Part shown: piece after piece, positions 26,531 through 35,890 of the stretch
Position numbering within the stretch: the first letter of the stretch is position 1
Layout of the letters: each line of letters opens with the position of its first letter
Assembly (NCBI GenBank): GCA_041287245.1
Contig: JBEULP010000042.1
Span: forward strand, 1 to 50,065
Source: Infirmifilum sp.
GTDB lineage: Archaea > Thermoproteota > Thermoprotei > Thermofilales > Thermofilaceae
DNA: 50,065 nucleotides
Reading direction: 5' to 3'
Notes under the pieces: model-generated
Database searches by the model: none
Told to the model about the DNA's origin: nothing
The model's input: the letters and a program-made list of their open reading frames with translations, nothing else
Program-made: the position numbers and the translations under genes

Positions 26531-28387
26531 TTCACGTTGTTGAAGAAGCCTCCTTTCTGTTCGAATGAATTTTAATGTGTATTCTACAATAGGGCACTTG
26601 GTATTACAGGTTCCGCACTGAATGCAGCGCCGCTCTTCAATACTTATCCCACCATTCTTCGAGTCTAACCATATCGCCCCCCTGGGGCACCAGTTTGAAC
26701 ATTCTAGGCACTCGACGCAATAGAATGACCTTACGACAACCCTAGCGAGATTTTCAATGTTCTTCTCAGTAGGCTCTTTTAGCTCCACTCTTAGGTAGGT
26801 GTCGCCAGCTACAACGTTTAAAACCTTGTTAGCTTCTTCCCTGGAGGTATATAGAACATTCTTAAACTTCTCAACAGCCAGCGGCTGCCTCGGCCTATTC
26901 AAGGTAAAAACAATTTGGGCACCCTCTACATGCCACCTAATATCCGCCCCTCTTCTCGGCGAGACAGCCCCTTCTCCAATCACTCTCAAAATATCTTTTG
27001 GGGGGTTAACCCACCTCCAGAGCCCATATTTTACCCATTCATCGCTAAGGGATTTCATCTCGCTAAATCCTCTGAGAACTTGCTCCCATTTCACGTATAA
27101 ATCACTTCTAATCCTCTTCGCAAGTTCAAACTCGCCTAGTTCTGACGCCGGGCAGAGCCAGCATCCTAGGCGGTCTAGACCGTAATAGTAGAGCGGGTTA
27201 GGAATAAGCCGTTCCTTGAAAATGTAAAGCCATATATCAAGCGCGGTCCAGTCCTGCACCGGTGTCGCAGCCACCACGTTTGGCAGCCAGGCGTTTCTCC
27301 AGATCCTGGGAGATCCTGCTCTTTGCGCCGATTCATACTTTCTTTGCCCTACAATACTTATAGCACCACCTGGGAACAAGGACTTCAGAGCCTGTGAAGT
27401 AGGAGCAAACTTCGTGACTTTGCAGCACCAACGCCAGTCGCGAGCCGGAGGACCCATCACCGAGACCCCGCGCCAGAAAGCATCTCCAGCATCAGCCACT
27501 ATTAGGTCTAGCCCCATCTTGTCGGCTAGCCGCCTCACGTACTCAACTGTTTCAGGAAACTCTATGCCAGTATTATTGAATAGCACCTTGATTTTATCAG
27601 GCCCAAAGGCTTTCAGCGCCAGGTGTAGCGCAACCAGGCTATCCTTACCCCCCGAAAACGAGACCACTACTGGAAGCTTGTATTTATCCTCCACCTCCAA
27701 CAGAAACGAAATCGCCTCCTCTTCCTTAGCTGCTAGATACTGTTCATGTGCCTCCACGACCTGAGACCAGTCAGGGTCTCCCTCTAGGAGGCTCGACGGG
27801 GCTCTACGCCAGCTTTTCAGAACGTAGATCCTCTTGTTCTTCAGAAGAACACCTACGCCGAGATAGTTGTAATCACTCGAGGCTAAAGCTATATATTCGT
27901 CCTCCCTGGGAAGATTCGATGCTGTCACCTGGCTAGGCTTTACAACGTAGCCCCTGGCAAGCTTCTCGAGATTAGTCTTCGCATAAAACCCTTTCTCCTG
28001 CTCAATCATCCTTGAGACGGTAGCATAGAGGGGCCGGAAGCGCCAGGCCCTATCTTCAATGTTAAACACCACATGTCCGATTATCTGAGCATCCATGACG
28101 ACTTCCACGCCGAAGTCTGGGTATGGTACTTTGTTAGCAACCACTATTTTTCTCGCGGGGATTACGCCTTCAAGGGAAGAACCTGCCGCAAGAAAATATC
28201 TTTTGACTACGTCGTTGATGTGTTTATAGAAGTACCCGACCACGGGGTAGGCATCGCCTGGCGGCGCAAGGTGAACCCTTGTAACCAGCTCTCCTCTCCT
28301 ATATGCTAGGGGATAATTACCTGTCAGATCCCAGTAAATGTTGGCACTGACCGCCTTTAATCGCTCCTGGGTCCGCTTGTGAGCCAA
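26510..28387 (-). CDS. PAPS reductase family protein with PUA-like and 4Fe-4S domains
   Basis: SFSGGKDS, RWCC, RLGCWLCP, C-terminal CxxCxxC..CP pair. Confidence 0.92.
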   Translation of the reverse strand: MAHKRTQERLKAVSANIYWDLTGNYPLAYRRGELVTRVHLAPPGDAYPVVGYFYKHINDVVKRYFLAAGSSLEGVIPARKIVVANKVPYPDFGVEVVMDAQIIGHVVFNIEDRAWRFRPLYATVSRMIEQEKGFYAKTNLEKLARGYVVKPSQVTASNLPREDEYIALASSDYNYLGVGVLLKNKRIYVLKSWRRAPSSLLEGDPDWSQVVEAHEQYLAAKEEEAISFLLEVEDKYKLPVVVSFSGGKDSLVALHLALKAFGPDKIKVLFNNTGIEFPETVEYVRRLADKMGLDLIVADAGDAFWRGVSVMGPPARDWRWCCKVTKFAPTSQALKSLFPGGAISIVGQRKYESAQRAGSPRIWRNAWLPNVVAATPVQDWTALDIWLYIFKERLIPNPLYYYGLDRLGCWLCPASELGEFELAKRIRSDLYVKWEQVLRGFSEMKSLSDEWVKYGLWRWVNPPKDILRVIGEGAVSPRRGADIRWHVEGAQIVFTLNRPRQPLAVEKFKNVLYTSREEANKVLNVVAGDTYLRVELKEPTEKNIENLARVVVRSFYCVECLECSNWCPRGAIWLDSKNGGISIEERRCIQCGTCNTKCPIVEYTLKFIRTERRLLQQRELGSLRQ

Positions 28388-28467
28388 GCAAATCCACTCG
28401 ATAATGATTATGTTTTAGCTATTTTAAGCGATTTCTTAATATATTTTCCCTTCAATTCAACCGTAGT

Positions 28468-28590
28468 ATGATGGTAATACTACTGATCCTCATGGCATTC
28501 ATAGGTACACTTTTTGCTTTAAAGTTTAGGGGCTACAAGCAACATAGGAAGAAGAAGATCAGGCTGTATGCACCGAGAATAATTATCTAG
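28468..28590 (+). CDS. Small single-TM protein (40 aa), not in the ORF track
   Basis: MMVILLILMAFIGTLFALKFRGYKQHRKKKIRLYAPRIII; TTAATATA ~25 nt upstream of the ATG. Confidence 0.55.
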   Translation: MMVILLILMAFIGTLFALKFRGYKQHRKKKIRLYAPRIII

Positions 28591-28795
28591 GAGTGATAGT
28601 TTCGTTTTTGAATATTCGGTGAACAAGATCAATAAACAGCGTCGCGCGCATCTCTAAAATTCTCCGGAGATAAGCCCTATTATACACGCTTTGACGCGCG
28701 CACGAGGGAGAGCCCTGCGCGGTAAACCTCATATTTGAGTGGATTATTTTTGGAGTGTTCATGATATATAGGGTGGTAGTTAAGGGTGATTCGGA

Positions 28796-30337
28796 TTGGA
28801 AAAGTATCGTGGTTTATCGCCAGCGCAATTCTTTCATAGAAACAAGGAGATAGCTGGCTTTTCGAACCCAGCTAGGGCGCTATACCAGACTATAAGAGAG
28901 CTTGTAGAGAACTCGCTTGATGCCACGGAGACTCATGGCATCTTACCTGATATAGCTATTGAGATAACTCTAGATCCAAACAACCAAGATAGAGTGACGG
29001 TGAAAGTAGCTGATAATGGTATTGGCGTTCCAATAAACGAGATTCCAAACGTGTTCGGAAGGGTCTTCTATGGTTCAAAGTATGTTGTGAGGCAGACTAG
29101 AGGCGTCTTCGGGCTAGGTGTGAAAATGGCGGTGTTGTATGCGCAGATGACGACGGCACAGCCTATATATGTTAAAAGCGCTCCAAAGGACTCCGAGTTT
29201 ATAGGAGAATATCTTCTCTACATCGACATTGACAAGAATATTCCACATATAGTTAGAATGCGGATAAGGAAGAAGGAGAACCCGAGAATACATGGAACGG
29301 TTGTAAAGCTGACGCTTGAGGGCTCATGGATACAGGCTAAGAGGCGCATCGAGGAATACATCAGGCGTACCGCGCTTATAGCACCCTATGCAACGATCAA
29401 ATATAAGACCCCCGAAGGAGAAATCATATTCAAGCGGGTTTCTAAGAAGCTTCCAGAGCCCCCGAGGATAGGTCAGTACCATCCCAAGGGGGTTGATGTA
29501 GAGATACTGAAAGAACTCATCAGATCGCTTCCAGATCCCAACCTTACTCTCGAAGAGTTCCTAGTGAAGCGTTTTGAGAGTGTCGGCGAGAAGATCGCCC
29601 AAGAGTTCCTGAGCTGGGCTGGGTTCGACCCCTCTATAAAAGTAAAGGAGCTGAGGTTAAGCGACTTGGAAGCCTTAGCCTCAAAGATGCGTGCATTCGA
29701 AAAGTGGAGGCGACCGCGACCAGTAACCCTCTCTCCCATAGGCGAGGACCTGTTAAAGGAGGGGGTAAAGAACATCCTTAAGCCGAGTTTTGTGAGAGCG
29801 GTTACACGTCCACCGTCTTCCTATGCTGGACACCCATTTATAGTGGAGGTGGCTGTGGCATATGGCGGCGAGATACCTCCCCAAGACCAGCCCATGGTTC
29901 TCCGCTTTGCGAATAAGATGCCCCTTTTATACGACGAGGGGGTCGACGTTTCTAGGAAAGTCGTTGATTCGATAGACTGGAGCGTCTACAAGGTAAAGTT
30001 TCCCGCTCCATTAGCGGTTATCACGCACGTCTGCTCGACAAAAATACCTTTTAAAGGCGTTGGAAAGGAGGCTATAGCGGACGTCCCAGAAGTTGAACAT
30101 GAGTTAGAGATAGCTATTCGAGAGGCCGCTAGAAAGCTAAGATCCTACATTACTAGGATGGAGAAGTTTCACGAGATTCAAAAGAAAGAAGCAACTATCA
30201 AACGCTACATGCCGGAAGTTATATCCGCCATCTCTGAGATGTTGGCTTTGGACCGCGCTCTACTTGAATCTAAGCTTAAAGAAACACTTGAAAGAGAATT
30301 GAAGAAAAGGGGTGTAGAACAAAATGTCGTCGGTTAG
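28796..30337 (+). CDS. top6B: DNA topoisomerase VI subunit B
   Basis: ELVENSLDA, DNGIG, QTRGVFGLG, RFANKMPL, STKIPFKGVGKE. Confidence 0.98.
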   Translation: MEKYRGLSPAQFFHRNKEIAGFSNPARALYQTIRELVENSLDATETHGILPDIAIEITLDPNNQDRVTVKVADNGIGVPINEIPNVFGRVFYGSKYVVRQTRGVFGLGVKMAVLYAQMTTAQPIYVKSAPKDSEFIGEYLLYIDIDKNIPHIVRMRIRKKENPRIHGTVVKLTLEGSWIQAKRRIEEYIRRTALIAPYATIKYKTPEGEIIFKRVSKKLPEPPRIGQYHPKGVDVEILKELIRSLPDPNLTLEEFLVKRFESVGEKIAQEFLSWAGFDPSIKVKELRLSDLEALASKMRAFEKWRRPRPVTLSPIGEDLLKEGVKNILKPSFVRAVTRPPSSYAGHPFIVEVAVAYGGEIPPQDQPMVLRFANKMPLLYDEGVDVSRKVVDSIDWSVYKVKFPAPLAVITHVCSTKIPFKGVGKEAIADVPEVEHELEIAIREAARKLRSYITRMEKFHEIQKKEATIKRYMPEVISAISEMLALDRALLESKLKETLERELKKRGVEQNVVG

Positions 30338-31454
30338 GCCAGGAAGCGTTCAGGCGCCTCCTGAGGAGGAGGTTATAACGAGGCTTGAAAGCCTAGCCAA
30401 GAAAGTCGCTGACCAGATCATGAGAGGCGAGCCTCCTTACCTCGAGGTCCCCATACGCTCCTTAGCGAACACCATATGGGATAAAAAGAGGAAAATGTTG
30501 CTGCTAGGACCAAAGACCGCTAGGAGAGAGTTCTTTGACGTAGGCGAGTCTAAGCGTTTCATGCAGACCATTCTGATGCTAAAGCTGATCCTAGAGGCGC
30601 GCCGTGAAGGTGTCCACCCGACGATCCGGGATCTCTACTACCGCGGCAAACATACTCTGACTGATATGAACGGAAGGCAGTTGGGAGAGAACACATGGGA
30701 TGATCAGCGGGAAAGTAACGCTGTAATCCAAGACATAGAAGTGGCTACAGGGCTCCTGCGAGAACACATGGGTCTAATGCATGATGCCAAGGGAAGAATC
30801 GTAGGTAATATGATTATACGTTCTAAGGGACAAAACATTGATCTCTCGAAGCTGGGTAGCGGCGCTTATGCAATACCCTCTAACGTAGACAGCTTAGAGA
30901 TACTTGAGGTTAAAGCAGATTACGTGCTTGTCGTTGAGAAGGGCGCTATCTTCGAGCAGTTGAACGAGGACGAGTTTTGGAAGAAGAATAATTGTATACT
31001 CGTCACCGGAAAGGGGCAGCCCGACCGGAGCACAAGGCGTATGGTGCGCCGCCTATGGGAAGAGTTCAACTTACCCGTCTACGTGTTAACAGACGGAGAC
31101 AGCTATGGTTTCTACATTTACAGCGTATATAAAAGCGGCTCTATAACCCTTAGCTATGAAAGCGAGCGCCTCGCAACGCCGGAAGCAAGATTCCTGGGAG
31201 TCTCAATATCTGATATAGAGAATTATAAGATCCCGAAAAACTTCATAATAAAGGCGACTGAAAGGGACATTAAGAGAGCACAGGAGCTTTTAAACTACCC
31301 CTGGTTCAAGGAGTCTAAAAAATGGCTAGACGAGCTTAAACTGTTCATAGAAAAAGGGCAAAAAGTAGAGATAGAGGCACTCAGCGGACACGGCTTTAAA
31401 TTCCTGTCAAACACATATATCCCGGAAAAAATAGCCAGAAAGGAATATCTATAA
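30324..31454 (+). CDS. top6A: DNA topoisomerase VI subunit A
   Basis: IRDLYY, VVEK, TGKGQPD, TDGDSYG, EIEAL. Confidence 0.98.
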   Translation: MSSVRPGSVQAPPEEEVITRLESLAKKVADQIMRGEPPYLEVPIRSLANTIWDKKRKMLLLGPKTARREFFDVGESKRFMQTILMLKLILEARREGVHPTIRDLYYRGKHTLTDMNGRQLGENTWDDQRESNAVIQDIEVATGLLREHMGLMHDAKGRIVGNMIIRSKGQNIDLSKLGSGAYAIPSNVDSLEILEVKADYVLVVEKGAIFEQLNEDEFWKKNNCILVTGKGQPDRSTRRMVRRLWEEFNLPVYVLTDGDSYGFYIYSVYKSGSITLSYESERLATPEARFLGVSISDIENYKIPKNFIIKATERDIKRAQELLNYPWFKESKKWLDELKLFIEKGQKVEIEALSGHGFKFLSNTYIPEKIARKEYL

Positions 31455-31573
31455 TCCGCGCGAGATTCATCTCTTTTGTATCCACCTTTTAATCTCTGGA
31501 TAATTTTTCCAAGTTGGATAAAAACTGGAGAAATTATACATCCAAATTATCTCCGCGCGCAACGAAAAAGATC

Positions 31574-31930
31574 TCACAACAGTTTTAGTTTTCCAGTTAT
31601 CCGGTCTATTAGGCTTGCAGGTGCTGGGCCAATTCCTAGAGCCGTTACAGTCCCCGGCTCTAACTGCGTTAAACCCATATCAGTTATCAATACAACCGGG
31701 AGCTCCGACCTCTTCGCCTCTTCATAGATCCTTAACAACTCCTCTAGAGAGTCTACACGCACAACTATCTTTTTCTGACCGGACTCAATCCAGGCTTTAC
31801 ACCACTCTGGCCGCTGCTTCTCGGCTTCCAGATACGCACTCACCGCGGCGTGCGCTCCCTGGGCAACCAGCTTGCCCTTCCCCATGTTGAGATCTCGTCT
31901 AATTACAATAACCTGTTTGACTCCTTCCAC
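31574..31930 (-). CDS. pth2: Peptidyl-tRNA hydrolase Pth2
   Basis: MGKGKLVAQGAHA, GQKKIV, DMGLTQ, TALGIGP. Confidence 0.97.
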   Translation of the reverse strand: MEGVKQVIVIRRDLNMGKGKLVAQGAHAAVSAYLEAEKQRPEWCKAWIESGQKKIVVRVDSLEELLRIYEEAKRSELPVVLITDMGLTQLEPGTVTALGIGPAPASLIDRITGKLKLL

Positions 31931-31950
31931 CTTTCCCCTCCCGAAAAAAT

Positions 31951-32448
31951 TCAGGCTCGCTTGTAGCCGATCCTCCTCAAAAGCTCGGTTCTCTTCTTCT
32001 TGTCCTCCTCGGTCTCAACACCCACTATGGTGTATCCATCTATGACTCCTAGCACACCTCTGCCCTGCTCTGTCTCTGCAATAACAACCTGTACGGGATT
32101 GGCGGTTGCACAGAAAATAGAGACAACTTCATCAACCTGTCTGAGTTTGGTAAGGATGTTGATTGGCCACGCATCGCGTATAAGAAGAACGAAAACATGT
32201 CCTCCACCTATTCTCTTGGCATTCTCAACAGCTGCCTCTGTAAGTTCTCTGTCATTTCCGTCCCAGCGGACCAATCTGTCGCCACTAGCCTCGTTGAATG
32301 CTAGACCAAACTTTATACCTGGAACACTTGTGACCACTGCCTCCGCAATGTCTTCTACACTCTTTATGAAATGTGTCTGACCTATTATAATGTTAGATTT
32401 CTCCGGTAGAATCATCTTTACAACTTCCAATTTTAATTGACTGTTCAC
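31951..32448 (-). CDS. Adenosine-specific kinase-like protein (DUF355)
   Basis: GQTHFIKSVED, FNEASG, GHVF, ATANP, GRGVLGVIDG. Confidence 0.9.
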   Translation of the reverse strand: MNSQLKLEVVKMILPEKSNIIIGQTHFIKSVEDIAEAVVTSVPGIKFGLAFNEASGDRLVRWDGNDRELTEAAVENAKRIGGGHVFVLLIRDAWPINILTKLRQVDEVVSIFCATANPVQVVIAETEQGRGVLGVIDGYTIVGVETEEDKKKRTELLRRIGYKRA

Positions 32449-32544
32449 AATATTCTGGTGTTTTCTCTGATAGAAAAAGTTTCCTCTCTTTTTTACAAAA
32501 TGATTTTTAACCTCGAAAGCCTTGCCTAGCTACGGTGGTATAGC

Positions 32545-32796
32545 GTGGCAGACGACCCGCAGAACTGCATGTTAGAAGGCTGTGTTAGACCCGCTGAGAT
32601 TATGTTGGAAGTTGGGGGACAGGTGCTGTATTTGTGCAGGCTACATTTTAGCCAGTTGGTTTCGAGGATGGAGAGGGCTGCTGAGCGTAGAGGTTCGATT
32701 TCCCCTAGAAGCTTAAAGGTAGAGAAGCTGAATGATGGAAAGGTTAAAATATCGATAAGAAGGTCTAAAAGATCTTCAAACTCTACCCTCGACTAA
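32545..32796 (+). CDS. Small putative Zn-binding protein
   Basis: C-x4-C...LCRLHF; TATA TTTTTAA ~32503; SD GGTGG. Confidence 0.7.
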   Translation: MADDPQNCMLEGCVRPAEIMLEVGGQVLYLCRLHFSQLVSRMERAAERRGSISPRSLKVEKLNDGKVKISIRRSKRSSNSTLD

Positions 32797-33276
32797 GTTC
32801 AGCTCGTCAGCTAGTATTTTCTTGAGCCTCTCATAAACATCCTTCGAACTTATTATTCCCTCCTTGAAGCTACGCTCTACATTCTCTATCTTCCTGTGAA
32901 CATCCTGTGGAGTTAAGTCAAGTGGAATGCCAACCCGCCTCATGTGTAATAGGCTCTTAAAGGTTGTCTCTTCGAAATTCAACCATATGTTTTCAAGTTC
33001 ATGAATCATTCTAACAGTTTCCTCAGATATGACGTTGATCTTCTTGCTAGACTTTTCCTCATCCAGCAGTCCCAGCTCAATCTTCACTTGAATCTCTTCT
33101 ATCTCCTTGAGGTTTGAGCTTATACGGGTTTTTAGCACTGCAATCCTCTCCAGCACTACGGGCCTTATCTTTTCCCATTCTAAAAGACTCTGTTTTACGG
33201 TAGAGGCGTATTCTTCCCATGCACTGTCAGCCGAGCTGAAGAGCTGCCCAAGGGTTTCGAAATTCACTGTAGCCAT
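32776..33276 (-). CDS. CdvA-like coiled-coil protein
   Basis: IQVKIELGLLDEE and SFKEGIISSKDVYERL motifs; paralogous to the upstream gene. Confidence 0.65.
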   Translation of the reverse strand: MATVNFETLGQLFSSADSAWEEYASTVKQSLLEWEKIRPVVLERIAVLKTRISSNLKEIEEIQVKIELGLLDEEKSSKKINVISEETVRMIHELENIWLNFEETTFKSLLHMRRVGIPLDLTPQDVHRKIENVERSFKEGIISSKDVYERLKKILADELNLVEGRV

Positions 33277-34070
33277 TACTCTTCAACCTCCTCTCTTATT
33301 CGTTCAAGCCTTTTTAGTTTAGCCTCCAGCTCCTCCTTAAGTCTCTTGTAGGTTTCCTCTGTGAGCCCTCCTTCCCTAAACTTCTCTTCGAGCTTGTTGA
33401 GAGCCAGTCTAATTTTTGCTATTTCAGGCTTAACTTCTGCGACCTTCACACGTTTATAATGGGGAAGTACAAGCCTATCAACCTCGTCAAGCCTTTTCTT
33501 GATCGACTCCATCTCAGAGGTCTTCTCCGCAATTCTCCTTTCTAATTCAGACTTAAGATCTTGATATTGAGAGTCGTCAAGAACCCCAATTTTATGCCTC
33601 ACTTCAATCCTTTCAAGCTCGTCGGCAAGGGTGTTTAGCGTACTTTCAATGCTGATTACCTCCTTCTCGAGATAATCCCTGATCTCTTCCCACCTCTCAA
33701 TTATTTCACGCGCTGCCCGGTCGTACTCTTCCCACAGCTTCGAAAGCTCCGTCGCCTTACTTGCCAGCATATCAAGTTCATCCGCCACCTTTTCAACCGG
33801 CGGTTTCTCCTCACTTATAACTACAGATGGCCGCTCGATTCTCGGCTGCTGCGCCACCTCAGGAGGCTGCCGTGGAGTTGTTACTGTTTCCTCTGCGGGC
33901 TTCTTTTCTACAGAAGCCTTCTTCTTCCATTCAAGGTAATAGGGGCACTCCCAGTACTCCATGAGACATGGCATGAAAGCTGGGTCGACTTCTACCCCAC
34001 CTGCATACTTACAATAGAACTTACCCTTTGAGTCCCTGTAAAGACCTGGACAGACGCCACCCGCGGACAT
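33276..34070 (-). CDS. Zn-finger plus CdvA-like coiled-coil protein
   Basis: N-terminal 4 Cys, Pro/Glu linker, IEVRHKIGVLDDSQY and FREGGLTEETY motifs. Confidence 0.7.
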   Translation of the reverse strand: MSAGGVCPGLYRDSKGKFYCKYAGGVEVDPAFMPCLMEYWECPYYLEWKKKASVEKKPAEETVTTPRQPPEVAQQPRIERPSVVISEEKPPVEKVADELDMLASKATELSKLWEEYDRAAREIIERWEEIRDYLEKEVISIESTLNTLADELERIEVRHKIGVLDDSQYQDLKSELERRIAEKTSEMESIKKRLDEVDRLVLPHYKRVKVAEVKPEIAKIRLALNKLEEKFREGGLTEETYKRLKEELEAKLKRLERIREEVEE

Positions 34071-34178
34071 TACTACCGCTATAAGGAGTCATTACCAGAA
34101 TATATCAGTAGCGTCCGGCCCGCAACGATGCTAACAGATTGACTTATTTATCCTCGTGAATTTTTAGAATCGCATGTT

Positions 34179-34400
34179 ATGCAGGAGGAAAACGTTTGCA
34201 AGTACTATAGGCAGACCGCTAGGGGGGCTAGGTGTATATTTATCGGGGCTGCGGAGTGGAAGGCTGTCAGTGAAAAATACCTCCAGTTTTGTAAGTCTGG
34301 AGGGGCAGGATGTCCTGTTCTAGCAAGCATAGGAAAAAAGATGGCTAATCACAGCAGCTTCAGAAAGGGTGGGGTTAATGTCCTGTTTCGGGAAGACTGA
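34179..34400 (+). CDS. Small 4-Cys protein
   Basis: VCKYYR..ARC..FC..GCP; TATA TTATTTA upstream. Confidence 0.7.
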   Translation: MQEENVCKYYRQTARGARCIFIGAAEWKAVSEKYLQFCKSGGAGCPVLASIGKKMANHSSFRKGGVNVLFRED

Positions 34401-35874
34401 CTATGTTCTTCTCGCGGGAGTTCTCTTATTAACGTTGGGGCTCAGCGTGGATGTTTTTGGTATAAAGGAAGAATCTTTGAAGGCGCCCCCTGTTTTATTG
34501 GTGCTGGCAACATCATATCTTTTATACGTATTGGCTGGGTGGAGGGGTAGAAACAAAAACATAGTCTTGCTCGCAGCTTCCGTTACTGCTATACTCTCAA
34601 CTCCATATTTTTTCATTGCCGCTTCACAGTTGGAGGATTATATTAGAAGCGGCAAGATTTCCTCAGTATTCACTGGAACCCTTGTGAACGCCGGTGCCTC
34701 GGAGACAACGTTGATATTTTCTTTGCTCGCGTTCACGGGCTTTCTAGCAACCTTGCTTCTAAGCCGGCTTTTAATCGGCTATCTCTTACCAGGGGTAAAG
34801 GAAGGGGGCTCTACAAATCCCATTCTTGTGACATCAGAGTTGCCTAAGATTAAATCCTGGTCTCTCTTCGGATTCCTCGTTGGTTTTATCCTTGTTGTAT
34901 CGTTGTCAGAAAACATAGTCGAGTCAACTATGATTGTTTATTTGTTTGCTACGCCTATTCCTCTACATTTTTCCTTGTTTATAACAACACTGTTGCAATA
35001 CCAGGGTCTTAATGCGATGGGACTTCTGGAGTCTCTCTCAGCTTTGACTCTTTTTTCTGTCATCACAAATATATCTGTAAATAGAAAGGTTCCTGGTACA
35101 GAGTCCAAACTTCTGCTATTATCCTCGAGTCTTCTGCTGTTGACGCTGTTATTTTTTATCCTATTTGGAGCGTTGTTTACCCAATATTTATTGTTTTACA
35201 TTTTGAGTATATTCTTATTAACATTAGTCATTCTCTATTCCGAGGGAATGGGGTTTCTGCTCAGTCCGTATCTCCTGTTCTATGTGATTTTCAAATTGTC
35301 AGGGATAAACGCGTCAGGAATGGAGGCAATAACGCTCCTAGCTTCACCTCTAGCCCCGCTCCTCATAGCATCTGCTCCGGCGATATCTGCGAACCTCTAC
35401 TACACCTTTTCCTCAAGCCAAAACGCGGATGATGAATGTTCCTATCTTAAGATTTTTTTAATAACCATCCTAGCCGCACCACTCTCCCACCTTATATACA
35501 ACTTGAAGACACCTCAGCTCACCGTAGGACAACAGCTTTATTTCACCCCGGTTACCCCCACGGGTATCGCTCTAGCCTTCATAGCCGTTATAGCAACGCT
35601 CGCACAACAGAGAGTTTCAAAGGAATTTTTTAATAGAGGCTCAACCCTCTTCCTACCTTTATCACTTACCCCTTTTCATCCAGTTGGGATCTTCATTGCC
35701 AACATTTTTCTAGCCGATATCCCAAGCGGAGATTGCTTCAAGCTTGCCCTTCTCTCGGGATTGATCCTCATCTTCAAAATAGTAGCTTATTTCAAGCATA
35801 TCCCGCTACGCGAGTTTAGCCTGATGGTAATGATGGGCGCCGGGACAGCCCTCCTTCTACATCTCTTACTTTAG
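34369..35874 (+). CDS. Polytopic membrane protein of unknown function
   Basis: Roughly 13-15 hydrophobic segments. Confidence 0.75.
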   Translation: MGLMSCFGKTDYVLLAGVLLLTLGLSVDVFGIKEESLKAPPVLLVLATSYLLYVLAGWRGRNKNIVLLAASVTAILSTPYFFIAASQLEDYIRSGKISSVFTGTLVNAGASETTLIFSLLAFTGFLATLLLSRLLIGYLLPGVKEGGSTNPILVTSELPKIKSWSLFGFLVGFILVVSLSENIVESTMIVYLFATPIPLHFSLFITTLLQYQGLNAMGLLESLSALTLFSVITNISVNRKVPGTESKLLLLSSSLLLLTLLFFILFGALFTQYLLFYILSIFLLTLVILYSEGMGFLLSPYLLFYVIFKLSGINASGMEAITLLASPLAPLLIASAPAISANLYYTFSSSQNADDECSYLKIFLITILAAPLSHLIYNLKTPQLTVGQQLYFTPVTPTGIALAFIAVIATLAQQRVSKEFFNRGSTLFLPLSLTPFHPVGIFIANIFLADIPSGDCFKLALLSGLILIFKIVAYFKHIPLREFSLMVMMGAGTALLLHLLL

Positions 35875-35890
35875 AGCCTCCAAAAAGTGC

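Noticed and set aside
28462..28486. ATGATGG..CTGA as a C/D sRNA
   Set aside because: Boxes are only 8 nt apart with no second guide; better explained as the start of the small ORF.
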